A DNA stretch of 55,962 nucleotides from Candidatus Fervidifonticultor sextus (GTDB taxonomy: Bacteria; Sysuimicrobiota; Sysuimicrobiia; Sysuimicrobiales; Humicultoraceae): assembly GCA_031459875.1 (NCBI GenBank), contig JAVKHQ010000020.1, forward strand, positions 1 through 55,962. Direction: 5' to 3'. Shown piece after piece: positions 10,026 to 20,077 of this stretch; positions within the stretch are counted from its first letter, which is position 1, and each line of letters starts with the position of its first letter. The position numbers and the translations under genes were made by a program. The notes beneath the pieces were generated by a model. It was not told the origin of the DNA and ran no database searches. It saw only the letters and a program-made list of their open reading frames with translations.

Positions 10026-11396
10026 TCAGTCCTGCACGATCAGTTGGCTGCCCAACTGCGACCGCAGTTGGGTCTCGACGAACTGCAATGCGGCCTCCGG
10101 GGACAGTCGGTTGAACTCGACCGCCTGGATCGCCTCGTAGATGATCTGGTCATACTTGCCGAAGTCCTCGTGCAGCGGGAGGAAGGTCGTGTACTCCAGC
10201 AGCGCCGTCGCCCGGCTCAGCCACGGGTTGTTCTTGTACTCGGGGATGTCCACCACGGCCTTCCGGATGGCCAGGTGCACACTGTTGACGTTGTGGATCG
10301 CGTTGAGGTCGGCCGCCGACGCCTCGGTGAGGATGCGGAAGGCCAGTTCCTTCTCCCGGCTGCGGGCGCTCACGACGTAGATGATGGGATGCGACAGCGT
10401 GACCGGCCGGCCGCCCCTGGTCCCGGGCGGGATGAGCATCCAGTCGATCCGGGCGAAGAACTCACCGGCCGGCACCCCGTAGTCCTTGATGAACTCGCCG
10501 CTCTGCCAGATGCCGCCCAGCCAGAAGAGCAGCTTGCCCTCGGCTGCAAACCCCCCGAGGATCGAACGCCACGTCATGTTGGTCATGCTGGCGGGCGTCA
10601 CCCGGTACCGATAGACCAGGTCGTGGAGGAACTTCAAAAACTCCAGCGTCGCCGACTTGGAGAGCACGAGTTTCCCGGACTGCGGGTCCTGCAGGCGGCC
10701 CCCGAAGGCCATGATCAACTGATAGTAGTCGGGCCCGCGTACCGGGCGGTGCATGAACCCCCACTCGACAATGCCACGGTCCTTGACCTGCTGCGCCAGC
10801 TCCGCCATGTCCCGCAGGGTGAACTCCCCACGCCTGACGCGCTCGGGCAGCGCCCTGATCTGTGCGTCCGACCAGCCGAACTGCCTGAGCCGGTCCAGGC
10901 GGAAGTAGACCATGCGCGCCTCGGTGTCCTGCGGGATGGCATAGATGCTGCCGCGGAAGCGCACCGAGTTCCACAGGGAGGGATAGAAGTCGTTGTAGGT
11001 GTCGGGGTACTGCTTGATCAGGTTATCCAGGATCAGAGCGTGTCCGGCCTTGGCGAACTGGCCGAGGAATGGATGGGCGATCGTGTAGATGTCCGGGCCC
11101 TCGCCGGAGGCAAACGCGCGCATCAGCCGCGCCGTCTCGTCCGCCCAGGTCGGCGTGGGAGGCTCCTCGATCTGGAGCTGGATGGCCACGTCGGTGAGTT
11201 TGGGGTTCAGACGGTCCACGGCCCGCTTGAGGTTGATGGCCCGGTCAGGACCGCTGGCATCCGCCCGGACAGCGGCGCGGATGACGACCACACGCTTGGC
11301 AGGCCCTCCTGTGACCAGGGGACCGGCGCCGACGATCAGGGATGCGGCGAGCACGGCTGCGACAGCCGCCTTCCAGAACCTGCCGGACCTGTCCAT
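10026..11396 (-). CDS. Carbohydrate ABC transporter substrate-binding protein (family 1)
   Basis: Signal peptide, GEGPDI, YAIPQD; RBS GAGGGGTG before ATG at 11396. Confidence 0.88.
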   Translation of the reverse strand: MDRSGRFWKAAVAAVLAASLIVGAGPLVTGGPAKRVVVIRAAVRADASGPDRAINLKRAVDRLNPKLTDVAIQLQIEEPPTPTWADETARLMRAFASGEGPDIYTIAHPFLGQFAKAGHALILDNLIKQYPDTYNDFYPSLWNSVRFRGSIYAIPQDTEARMVYFRLDRLRQFGWSDAQIRALPERVRRGEFTLRDMAELAQQVKDRGIVEWGFMHRPVRGPDYYQLIMAFGGRLQDPQSGKLVLSKSATLEFLKFLHDLVYRYRVTPASMTNMTWRSILGGFAAEGKLLFWLGGIWQSGEFIKDYGVPAGEFFARIDWMLIPPGTRGGRPVTLSHPIIYVVSARSREKELAFRILTEASAADLNAIHNVNSVHLAIRKAVVDIPEYKNNPWLSRATALLEYTTFLPLHEDFGKYDQIIYEAIQAVEFNRLSPEAALQFVETQLRSQLGSQLIVQD

Positions 11397-11564
11397 GCAT
11401 CTCACCCCTCTGCAGTCGGCCAGCATCTCGGATCCCACTCCCCATTCTAGCAGAGAACGCAGCCCGGTCCGCCGGGCGCGGCGGGCCGTCGTCGGAGGAC
11501 GGGGACGGTCCGGAACGGAAGTACAGGGCGTGGGGTCCGCCGCCGGAAAGGGCAGGGGCATGAG

Positions 11565-12482
11565 GTGAACGAGCGTCCCCGGACCTCGCTGGTCTACCGG
11601 GGCCGGAGGGTCCTCCTGAAGTACCACAGGCTGCTGGGCGGCCTGCACAGCCATCCGCCCAATTCCCTCTCCGCCCTGCGCCGGGTCCTCGCCGATGGGG
11701 CGGAGGTCATCGAGTTCGACGTGGGCCTCACCGGCGACGGCGAGTACGTCCTCCTCCACGACGCCACCCTTGAGCGGGAGACGAGCGGGACCGGCCCGCT
11801 GCGGCAGATCACGGCCGACCAGTTTCGGGCGTTGCGCCTGCGGGGGACGGACGAGGCGCCGGCGACCCTGGCCGAGGCGGTCGACATCCTGCGGGAGGTG
11901 CGACGCCCGTTAAAGGTCCAGGTGGACCTCAAGGAGCACGCACCGGTGGCCCCCCAGGCGGCCGCGCGCCTGCTGGATGCGCTGGCCCCGCTTCGCCGCT
12001 CGACGCCCGTGCGGGTGGTGGTCGGCTGCGAGGCCGACTGGAACCTGCGGGCCCTGCGGCGGCTGGACCCCACCCTGGCGGTAGGCGTGGACTTCGCCCT
12101 CTACCTCGACGCCCCCGACGACGGACCGATCCGCCTGCCGCTGCGCGTCAACGCCTACGGCTACCTCGACGACCACCCGCTGGGCTACCGGAGGCTGCTC
12201 CCTCCGGCGGCCTACCTGGAAGACCGCATGGAGGTGCTGCTGACCCAGGTCGGCGGGGCCAGCGAGTTCTACCTGCGCAAGGAGTTCGTGCTCCAGGCCC
12301 TGGGCGACGGTGTCAACCCCATCGGGTTCATCCACGAGCGCCTGCCGGGCACCGTCGTGGACGTGTGGACGCTGGACGCGGGCGCCCCGGACGTCAGGGG
12401 TGTGCTGCTTGCGCTGCTGGAAGCCGGCGCCGATCAGATCAGCAGCCCGACAGCGGCCCTGCTCCCCGATCCCGCGGCGTAG
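11565..12482 (+). CDS. Atypical glycerophosphodiester phosphodiesterase family protein
   Basis: KYHR (in place of AHRG), PPNS, IEFDV, LHD.TLERET, VDLK. Confidence 0.8.
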   Translation: MNERPRTSLVYRGRRVLLKYHRLLGGLHSHPPNSLSALRRVLADGAEVIEFDVGLTGDGEYVLLHDATLERETSGTGPLRQITADQFRALRLRGTDEAPATLAEAVDILREVRRPLKVQVDLKEHAPVAPQAAARLLDALAPLRRSTPVRVVVGCEADWNLRALRRLDPTLAVGVDFALYLDAPDDGPIRLPLRVNAYGYLDDHPLGYRRLLPPAAYLEDRMEVLLTQVGGASEFYLRKEFVLQALGDGVNPIGFIHERLPGTVVDVWTLDAGAPDVRGVLLALLEAGADQISSPTAALLPDPAA

Positions 12483-12488
12483 CCGGTC

Positions 12489-13388
12489 TCAGCCAGAGCC
12501 CGCCCGGCGCGCGGGCGTCACCGCGCGCGGGACGCCGACAAGAACCCGCTCGATCCCCGCGTAGACGTTGAACCGGCTCCCCCGGAGGAAGCCCACGAGC
12601 GTCATCCCGAAGTCCCGCGCCAGGCCCACCGCCAGGCTGGTGGGCGCCGAGACCGCGCAGAAGACGGGGATGCCGGCAACGAGGCTTTTCTGCACCAGTT
12701 CGAAACTGGCCCGCCCGCTGACCAGCACGAGATGGTCGTCCAGCGGCACCCGGCCCTCCAGGAGGGCCCAGCCCACGAGTTTGTCCATCGCGTTATGCCG
12801 GCCCACGTCTTCCTTCACCACCACCAGGGTGCCCCTGGCATCGAAGAGGGCGGCGGCATGCAGGCCGCCGGTCGCCCGGAAGCCCCCCTGGGCCGCCCGG
12901 AGTTTCTCGGGCAGCGCTGCCAGCACGCCGGCCTCGACCGCCGGACCGGACGTCACCGGCCTGCAGCTCCGCACGCGGAGCGCCTCGATGCCGGCCTTGC
13001 CGCACACCCCGCAGGCGCTGGAGGTGAAGAAGTGTCGTTCGAGCGGCGCCAGGTCCGGAAGGGCTGTACCGGCCAGTTCGACCGTCACCACGTTGTACCG
13101 CTGGTCTGGGCCGACGGCGGGATCGCCGCAGTAGCTGATCCGCCGGATCTCGTCCCGCGACCGGACGACGCCTTCGCTAAAGAGGAATCCGGCGGCCAGT
13201 TCGAAATCAGCGCCGGGGGTCCGCATCGTGACCGCCACCGTCCGTCGGCCGGCGTCCCCACCCGACCCCGCCGAGACGCGGATCTCCATGGGTTCCTCGG
13301 TGGCCACCTGGTCGGAGTGGTGCTCGAGGCGCCCCTCACGCATCACCAGGACCTGCGCGCGCGTCTTGCTGCCAGGACGGGGGCGCAT
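12489..13388 (-). CDS. fdhD: Formate dehydrogenase accessory sulfurtransferase
   Basis: TMRTPG, SACGVCG, TGGLHAA, EDVGRHNAMDK. Confidence 0.95.
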   Translation of the reverse strand: MRPRPGSKTRAQVLVMREGRLEHHSDQVATEEPMEIRVSAGSGGDAGRRTVAVTMRTPGADFELAAGFLFSEGVVRSRDEIRRISYCGDPAVGPDQRYNVVTVELAGTALPDLAPLERHFFTSSACGVCGKAGIEALRVRSCRPVTSGPAVEAGVLAALPEKLRAAQGGFRATGGLHAAALFDARGTLVVVKEDVGRHNAMDKLVGWALLEGRVPLDDHLVLVSGRASFELVQKSLVAGIPVFCAVSAPTSLAVGLARDFGMTLVGFLRGSRFNVYAGIERVLVGVPRAVTPARRAGSG

Positions 13389-13389
13389 C

Positions 13390-15657
13390 TCAGCCTCCTG
13401 CGGGACCGGCGGCGGATGGGACCTCCAGCCGCACCACGGCGTTGTAGTCCGGAATCCCCGCCTGCGGCGATCGCCGGCGGCGGTCAATGAGCACGTTCCC
13501 CTCCGGCCAGTGCACCTCCAGCGTTCCGGGCTTGACCGGCGCCACGCAGGCCCGGCCCCGGAACTCGCCGGTGGCGCTGCGCAGCACCACCGGGTCGCCA
13601 TCGCGCAGCCCCAGGCGCTCGGCGTCCTGCCGGCTGATGAGCACCGCCTCGCGCACCGCGCCGGTCAGCGCGTCACGCGGCTCGTGCACCATGCTGTTGA
13701 ACTGCTTGCCCCGGCGCGTGGCCACCAGGAACATTCCTTCGGGCACCTGGGCGTCCGGGAGCGGCACTACGGTGAAGTGCGCCCGGCCGTCCGGGGTCGG
13801 GAACGTCCACCCCGCGCACAGGTGCGGTCCACCGTACTGGACCTGATCCCCAGCCCGCGTGAGGTGCTGGATGCCGTCGTAGAACGGCACCGCGCGGGCG
13901 ATCTCCCGGCGAATCGCCGCGGTGCCGTCGAACCGCAGGCGGTCGGCCCACTGCGGCCGGACCCGCCGTGCCAGCTCCATGAAGACCTCCCACTCAGGCC
14001 GGGCTTGGCCGATGCGCCGTCCCGGGATCTCGGGGCTATAGATGATCCGCCGCTCGGTGCTGGTCTGGGTCACGCCGCCGGACGTCTCGTACCGCGTGGC
14101 CGCCGGGAGCAGCACGACGACGTCTGCGGGTTCCAGCAGCATCTGCCGGGTCAGGACGATGTCCATGTGCACCCGCAGCGGGATGCGACGCAGCGCCTCC
14201 CGGACGAAGGCGGCATCGGGCAGCACCTCCAGGAAGTTCCCGCCCGCCGAGAAGAGCACGTCCAGCCGGCCGTCGGCGGCTGCGTCCATCATCTCGGGCG
14301 CCGTCAGGCCGGGGCGGTCCGGGACCGGAAAGCCCCACAGGTCGGCGAACCGCCGCGCGTGCTCGGGGGTGATCGCAAGCCCGCCGGGGAAGGCGGTGGC
14401 GTAGGCGCCCATCTCGGCACCGCCCTGCACGCCGGAGTGTCCGCGGATCGGCATCAGGCCGCACCGGGCGCGCCCCACGAAGCCGCGCGCCAGCGCCAGG
14501 TTCACGATGGCGCGGACGTTGTCTTCCCCGAATTCGTGCTGCGTGATGCCCATCGACCAGACAAACACGGCGGTCCGGGCCCCGCCCACCATCCTCGCGA
14601 ACTCCAGCATCTCGGCGCGGCTGACGCCGCTGTGGCGCTCCAGGGCGTCCCACGGTTGGGCCGCGAGCGCGGCCCGCAGCTCCTCGAAGCCGGCCGTGTG
14701 CGCCTCGATGAAAGCACCGTCCACCCAGCCCCGTTCGATCATCCCCTTCAGCGTCCCGTTGAGGAACGCGATGTCCCCGCCGACATTGACCAGGAAGAAC
14801 CGGTCGGCGATCTTCGTGCCGAACAGCGCGCTCTCGGGGATCGAGGGGATCCAGAAGCGCTCCATCCCCGGCTCGCGGTAGCTGTTGATGACGACGACCT
14901 TCGTGCCGGCCTTCTTGGCGTAGTACAGGTACTTCACGGCGACCGGCTGGTTGCCGGCGACGTTGGACCCGATGAAGACCACCAGGTCGGAGCCGATCCA
15001 GTCCACATAGGAACACGTGCTGGCCGCCACGCCGAGGGCCTGTTTCAACGCGTAGGTGCTCGGCGCGTGGCAGACGCGCGCGGCGTTGTCGATGGAGTTG
15101 GTTCCGATGGCGCGGACGGCCTTCTGCGCCGCGTAGTAGGCTTCGTTGGCCATGCCCCGGCTGGTCAGGTAAAAGCCGATGCGCTGGGGCCCCTCGGGCC
15201 GCGCCAGGGCGTCGCGGATCCGGCCTGCGATGAGGTCGAGGGCTTCGTCCCACGTGAGGCGGCGGAAGCCGGCCTCCCCCCGGCGGCGCACCAGAGGGCA
15301 GGGCAGCCGGCCCAGCGCGCGCAGGTCCTGGTTGCGCCTGCCGCCGAGGGCCGAGACATCCGCCAGCAGGCGGACGTCCAGCGCGGGCATCGTGTTCAGG
15401 CGCAGCAGGCGCAGCCGGATGTTGCAGAGGTGGTTGCCGTCCAGAGTCCAGTCCCGCATCCCGGTGGTCCCCAGCGCGCAGCCGTCACAGACCCCCCGGG
15501 TGAGGATCCGCCAGGCGAAAGGGATCTGGTCCCGATTCTCCCAGATGGCCCTCCAGATTTCCGCATAGTTGTTGGGCCGGCCCTCGCCGATACCAAACGG
15601 CCTGCGGCTGGCCCACAGCGATGGATCCCAGCCCGCGATCCTGAAGTGACGGTCCAT
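13390..15657 (-). CDS. FdhF/YdeP family molybdopterin oxidoreductase
   Basis: CDGCALG, RVCHAPS (Cys ligand), RGHSGVQG, TRRGKQFNS; adjacent to fdhD. Confidence 0.92.
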   Translation of the reverse strand: MDRHFRIAGWDPSLWASRRPFGIGEGRPNNYAEIWRAIWENRDQIPFAWRILTRGVCDGCALGTTGMRDWTLDGNHLCNIRLRLLRLNTMPALDVRLLADVSALGGRRNQDLRALGRLPCPLVRRRGEAGFRRLTWDEALDLIAGRIRDALARPEGPQRIGFYLTSRGMANEAYYAAQKAVRAIGTNSIDNAARVCHAPSTYALKQALGVAASTCSYVDWIGSDLVVFIGSNVAGNQPVAVKYLYYAKKAGTKVVVINSYREPGMERFWIPSIPESALFGTKIADRFFLVNVGGDIAFLNGTLKGMIERGWVDGAFIEAHTAGFEELRAALAAQPWDALERHSGVSRAEMLEFARMVGGARTAVFVWSMGITQHEFGEDNVRAIVNLALARGFVGRARCGLMPIRGHSGVQGGAEMGAYATAFPGGLAITPEHARRFADLWGFPVPDRPGLTAPEMMDAAADGRLDVLFSAGGNFLEVLPDAAFVREALRRIPLRVHMDIVLTRQMLLEPADVVVLLPAATRYETSGGVTQTSTERRIIYSPEIPGRRIGQARPEWEVFMELARRVRPQWADRLRFDGTAAIRREIARAVPFYDGIQHLTRAGDQVQYGGPHLCAGWTFPTPDGRAHFTVVPLPDAQVPEGMFLVATRRGKQFNSMVHEPRDALTGAVREAVLISRQDAERLGLRDGDPVVLRSATGEFRGRACVAPVKPGTLEVHWPEGNVLIDRRRRSPQAGIPDYNAVVRLEVPSAAGPAGG

Positions 15658-15680
15658 GACACCCCCGCCGGCTACCTACG

Positions 15681-15708
15681 AGTATAGGGCAGGAGAGGGT
15701 GAAGTCGA
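15681..15708 (-). promoter_or_regulatory. Putative sigma70 promoter for fdhF-fdhD
   Basis: Minus strand TCGACT-16 nt-TATACT just upstream of the start. Confidence 0.45.
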
Positions 15709-16012
15709 GGCCGGAGGGTCCCCCGGGGGTCGCCGGGCTCCCTGAAGGGTCGGCCGGGGCAGTCCCAGAACCTTCAGGTTCCCCAGCGGCGGATGGGCTC
15801 CAGGGTGAGGGGTGGTGCCGCGACGGCTCATCTCCGGGATGGATTCCTCGTGGTTCCCGCGGGGATTCGCCCTACTCCTACCGCCACGAGGAGGTCGTCA
15901 GGCGCCTGCAAATGGCACGGCCACGGCCTGCACCTGGACAGCCGGCTCCAGGACGATCTTCCGGCGTTGCATTGACACCCGCAGGAGGTCGCCTTCCTGC
16001 AAGGCGAGCGTC

Positions 16013-16040
16013 TTGCGCACCGACGCCGGAAGGGTACAGT
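16013..16040 (+). promoter_or_regulatory. Putative promoter giving a leaderless beta-CASP mRNA
   Basis: TTGCGC-16 nt-TACAGT, 6 nt before ATG 16047; no Shine-Dalgarno. Confidence 0.45.
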
Positions 16041-16046
16041 AGTGTC

Positions 16047-17459
16047 ATGCTCCGCCTCACGGTCTTCGGCGGCGCCGGCGAGATCGGCGGCAACAAGATC
16101 CTCCTGGAGGATGGCCTGGCCTGCGTCTTGCTGGACTTTGGGATCTCCTACGCGCGCCGCAAGCGCTACTTCGAGGAGTACCTCAAGCCGCGCACGGCGG
16201 CCGGCCTGACCGACCTGCTCGTCGCCGGCGTCTTGCCTGCGGTCCCGGGCCTCTACCGCCGCGACCTGCTGGCGATCGGCGACCACGGGCTGCCGGTCCA
16301 CACCGAGGCGCTGCCGCAGGCGGTCCTGCTCACGCACGCGCACCTCGACCACGCCGGGCACATCGGCTTCCTGGACGAGCGGGTCCCGACGGTCTGCTCG
16401 CCGCTGTGCCTCCGCACCCTGCAGGCGATGCAGGAGAGCCGCGCCCGCGACTTCGAGACCGAGATCGTCAACTTCAAGCGCCGACCCGCCTTCGACGACA
16501 GGGACGTGGCGACCCCGCGGCCCTTCCGCGAGGTCGAGGGGGAGTTCAGCGTCGGCGGGCTCTCCTGCCGTGCGCTGCCGGTCGACCACTCGATGCTCGG
16601 CTGCGTCGCGTTCCTGCTGCGCACCTCGCGCGGCACCATCCTCTACACCGGCGACCTGCGCTTCCACGGCCCGGACGCCCACCTCAGCGAGGCCATGCTC
16701 GAGGCGGCGTCGGCCGAGGGCGTCTGGATGCTGCTGGCCGAGGGCACGCGCCTGGACGAGACCCAGCGGCGCACCGAGCAGGACGTCTTCGCCGAGTGCC
16801 TGGCGGCCGTGCGCGAGACATCCGGGCCGGTGATCGCCGACTTCGCGCCCCGCGACCTCTACCGGCTCGCGACGTTCCTGCGCATCGCGCAGGAGACCGG
16901 ACGCTTTCTCGTCGTCCTCCCGCAGGATGCCTTCCTGCTCGACCGCCTGCGCGGCCTCCACCCCCTCGTGCCCGACCCCCGCGCTGAACCCATCCTGATC
17001 CTCAAGGAGCGCAAGAAGAGCGGCACCTACAGCGAGAAGGACTACGCCACCTGGGAGCGTCGGGTGCTCCGCTGGCCGACCGCGCGCTCCCCGGAGGACC
17101 TGCGACCGATGGCCTCCCGGCTGATCCTGGCCCTGTCGTTCTGGGACATCCTGAACCTGATCGACCTCCACGTGGGCGCCGACGCGCTGTATGTCCACTC
17201 GGCCAGCGAGCCCCACGACGAAGAGCAGGTCTTCGACCGGTGGCGGCTGGACAACTGGCTGGACCGACTGGGCGTGCAGCGGCGGGTCGTCAGCCACGCG
17301 TCGGGTCACGCGGGGCAGACGGACCTGGTTCGAATGGTCCGGCGGCTGCGGCCACAGATCCTGGTACCGATCCACACGGAGCAGGCGGCGCTGTGGAAGG
17401 CGCTGGCGCCGGACGTCCGGGTCATCGAGCCGACGGCCGGCTCGCCAATGGTCTGGTAG
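16047..17459 (+). CDS. Metallo-beta-lactamase/beta-CASP nuclease (RNase J-like)
   Basis: GEIGGN, LDFG, THAHLDH, VDHS, YTGDLR, EGT, HASGHA, VPIH. Confidence 0.88.
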   Translation: MLRLTVFGGAGEIGGNKILLEDGLACVLLDFGISYARRKRYFEEYLKPRTAAGLTDLLVAGVLPAVPGLYRRDLLAIGDHGLPVHTEALPQAVLLTHAHLDHAGHIGFLDERVPTVCSPLCLRTLQAMQESRARDFETEIVNFKRRPAFDDRDVATPRPFREVEGEFSVGGLSCRALPVDHSMLGCVAFLLRTSRGTILYTGDLRFHGPDAHLSEAMLEAASAEGVWMLLAEGTRLDETQRRTEQDVFAECLAAVRETSGPVIADFAPRDLYRLATFLRIAQETGRFLVVLPQDAFLLDRLRGLHPLVPDPRAEPILILKERKKSGTYSEKDYATWERRVLRWPTARSPEDLRPMASRLILALSFWDILNLIDLHVGADALYVHSASEPHDEEQVFDRWRLDNWLDRLGVQRRVVSHASGHAGQTDLVRMVRRLRPQILVPIHTEQAALWKALAPDVRVIEPTAGSPMVW

Positions 17460-18663
17460 CCGCCCCGGACCGGAAGGCCTCCAGCCTGGGCATCAGGTCC
17501 CGCAGCAGGATCCCGCTGGCAAAGGGCAGGACCGTCGCAGGAAGACTCCCGGCGCGCAAGGCGAGCGCCTTCCGCACCGCCACGATCAGGTGGGGAGTCC
17601 GGACCCCGGCGAGCTTGGCGAACTTCGTCGCCAGATAGTCAGGCGTCCAGTAGCCGACAATCTCCAACGCCACTTCGGTACCGTCGTCGTGCGTGAAGAC
17701 GAAGTCGGGGACCAGCAGCCCCTCGCCAGCCTCAAGGATCACAGCCTCGCGCGACAGCCGCCAGCCGTGGCGGTGCGGCCCGAACTTGCGCGCAAACGTC
17801 TCCTCCAGCCTGGAGTCGAAAAGCGCCGGCGCCGGCACCCGCGAGCGGAGTCCGTCGGCGTCCGACAGGACAAACGTCGTCGGCCGCCATCCCCGCCTCA
17901 GCACGACCTCCGCGGTCATCGTCCAGCCCCGGGCCTGGACGAGCGCCGCCAGGAACCTGGCGAAGTCCACCCCGTAGGCATGGGTGTGCCGCAGCACCGA
18001 GTTCGGCCCGTCAAAGACCAACCGGTACCCGCCTCCGCGCAGCCGCTGGATGCGGTGCAGCAGGCGGGCCAGCCGGGCATAGCGCACGATGTGCTTGAAG
18101 TCGCCGGTCGCCTCCACGGTGACGCGGATCGCATCGTAGAGCAGCGCCTGGGCCTGGGCCAGGTCGTAGTCGGCCCGCAGGGCGTCTGCGGAGTAGTCCG
18201 CGGGAAAGGCGCGGAGGCGGTGGAACTCCGGGTAGTCGGCGTAGAGGGCGGGCACGGCGTCGTCGAGACGCGGCGGCGCCCCGCGCCCCTGCGCTCCGGC
18301 TCTAACGACGCCCACTGCCTGGCGCAGGAGGTCTTGGGCGCGCGCAGGATCCACCAGGGGATGCGCCTGCGCGGCCGCTTCGAACACCCGCAGCCGCAGT
18401 TCAGCCTGGTGGCCGCCGCGGGGCCATTCATAGGTCGCGGCGTCGTCGAGGAGTTTGATGATCGCCTCGACCCGGTCGGGCCGCAGCCGGCCCAGGACCC
18501 GCCGCGCCGCATGGCGCACCTCGCCGCGGGTTCGGCCGATCATCCGCCGGTAGACGGCGACCGCCCGGGCCAGGTGCGGCAGGCAGGCGTCGTCCAGCCG
18601 GTCAGAAGAGATCGACCTGCCGGGCCTGATCCAGTGATAGACGCGTTGCGGTCTGGTAAGCAT
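17422..18663 (-). CDS. DUF790 / Bax1-like PD-(D/E)xK endonuclease
   Basis: YDLAQAQALLY, FDGP.S....T..YG, FDS.LE..FA, VPDF, LEIVGYWTPDYL. Confidence 0.88.
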   Translation of the reverse strand: MLTRPQRVYHWIRPGRSISSDRLDDACLPHLARAVAVYRRMIGRTRGEVRHAARRVLGRLRPDRVEAIIKLLDDAATYEWPRGGHQAELRLRVFEAAAQAHPLVDPARAQDLLRQAVGVVRAGAQGRGAPPRLDDAVPALYADYPEFHRLRAFPADYSADALRADYDLAQAQALLYDAIRVTVEATGDFKHIVRYARLARLLHRIQRLRGGGYRLVFDGPNSVLRHTHAYGVDFARFLAALVQARGWTMTAEVVLRRGWRPTTFVLSDADGLRSRVPAPALFDSRLEETFARKFGPHRHGWRLSREAVILEAGEGLLVPDFVFTHDDGTEVALEIVGYWTPDYLATKFAKLAGVRTPHLIVAVRKALALRAGSLPATVLPFASGILLRDLMPRLEAFRSGAATRPLASRPSAR

Positions 18664-20077
18664 CGGTGCGGCCCCGTCGCCGCGCCCGGGCCACGTCGGG
18701 GGACTCCGCGACCACCACCTCGTAGAGGCGCGCGGTGCGGTCCCCGCTCTTCCGGAGCAGACGGCCGAGGCGCTGGATCGCTTCCCTGGTCCCCTTCTCT
18801 CCGCCGAGCACCACCCCGACCTTGACGGCGGGCGCGTCCCACCCCTCGTTCAGGACCTCACAGGCCACCAGGGCCCGCACCCTCCCCAGGGCGAACAGGT
18901 CGAGGACGCGGGTGCGCTCCTGCTTGTCGGAATGCGAGGTCAACGCCGGAATGAGGAAACGCGCCGAGACGTCGAGCGCCATCCGATTGGAAGCGGTGAA
19001 GATCACCACCTGATCGTCCGGATGCAGACGCAGGATGTCCTCGACCACGCGGAGTTTTTCGGCGGAGCGGTGGGTGATGGCCAGCTTCCGCCGGTAGGCC
19101 CGCAGGATCGCCCGGGCCTCAGGATCGGTGCGGGCGTGCATGGCCAGATCCCGGGTCCAGTCGAAGCCCGCGGCACGCCTCCCGTCCCTTCCCGCTCCCA
19201 TCGATCCCGGGCCGTCCGCCTCCGCCGGACGGCCTGCGCGGCGCCTGCGGGCCACGTAGGCGCGGATGCGCCGCGACAGAGCGTCGAACTCGGCCTGCTC
19301 CTCCTCGCCGAGATGGACCGGCACGCGGATGAGACTGTAGGCGGCCAGCGTCTTGCCCCGTGCCTGGGAGATCTGCTCCCGGTAGACGACCGGCCCGATG
19401 AGATCCTCCAGCAACCGGTCGGCCCCGTCGGCCCGCCAGGGCGTGGCGGTGAGCCCGAGGCGCATGGGCGCCAGGCAGTCCAGCGCGCTCTCCCGCAGCG
19501 TGGGCGCCGGCAGGTGGTGCGCCTCGTCGTAGACGATCAGGCGGAACCGGTTGCCGATCTCCTTCATGTGGATGTAGGCGCTGTCGTAGGTGGTCACGGT
19601 GATCGGCCAGACCTCGCGCCGGCCGTCGCCGAGGATGCCGGCGTCTGCCCCCAACCCCTGCCGGATGCGCCGCTGCCACTGGTACATCAGGTCCCGCAGG
19701 GGAACGACGACGATCGCCGGGACCCGGTGGCGGGCGATGATGGCCAGGGCGATCTCGGTCTTCCCGGTGCCGGTAGGCTTGACGATCACGCCACGGCAGC
19801 CCGCCCGTTCCCACGCCAGGACGGCTGCCTGCTGGTCCGGGCGCAACGGGGGGAGGGCCACGGAGAGCGGCGGACAGTCGAAGTAGCGCCCGGCCTCGTC
19901 GGTCAGGTCAAGATGGTACTGCGCGGCCTCTTCGCGGACCTGCTGGTAGTGGAGTGCTTCCGTCCGCCAGGCGCCCACGCGGCTGTCCCAGACGAGAGAG
20001 GGCGGGACGCGCGTGTGCCTGGGGGCGTCCAGGCGGAGAGAGCCGCGGTCGAAGCGGAGGCGGGCGGAGGGCGTCAT
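18602..20077 (-). CDS. XPB/Rad25-like SF2 helicase
   Basis: PTGTGKT, TTYDS, DEAHH, LGLTATPWRAD (RED-like), LNEGWD.P, QRLGRLLR; adjacent to DUF790. Confidence 0.92.
   Translation of the reverse strand: MTPSARLRFDRGSLRLDAPRHTRVPPSLVWDSRVGAWRTEALHYQQVREEAAQYHLDLTDEAGRYFDCPPLSVALPPLRPDQQAAVLAWERAGCRGVIVKPTGTGKTEIALAIIARHRVPAIVVVPLRDLMYQWQRRIRQGLGADAGILGDGRREVWPITVTTYDSAYIHMKEIGNRFRLIVYDEAHHLPAPTLRESALDCLAPMRLGLTATPWRADGADRLLEDLIGPVVYREQISQARGKTLAAYSLIRVPVHLGEEEQAEFDALSRRIRAYVARRRRAGRPAEADGPGSMGAGRDGRRAAGFDWTRDLAMHARTDPEARAILRAYRRKLAITHRSAEKLRVVEDILRLHPDDQVVIFTASNRMALDVSARFLIPALTSHSDKQERTRVLDLFALGRVRALVACEVLNEGWDAPAVKVGVVLGGEKGTREAIQRLGRLLRKSGDRTARLYEVVVAESPDVARARRRGRTDAYQTATRLSLDQARQVDLF

Noticed and set aside
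15660..15800. Moco riboswitch or SECIS near the fdhF-like gene (CCTGAAGG/CCTTCAGG stem at 15741-15778)
   Set aside because: The stem lies upstream of the predicted promoter, does not match the Moco consensus, and the enzyme has Cys with no in-frame TGA
15699..16046. N-terminal extension of the beta-CASP ORF in the ORF track
   Set aside because: Low-complexity sequence; the fold starts at MLRLTVFGG (16047). The same logic was used to trim many other starts
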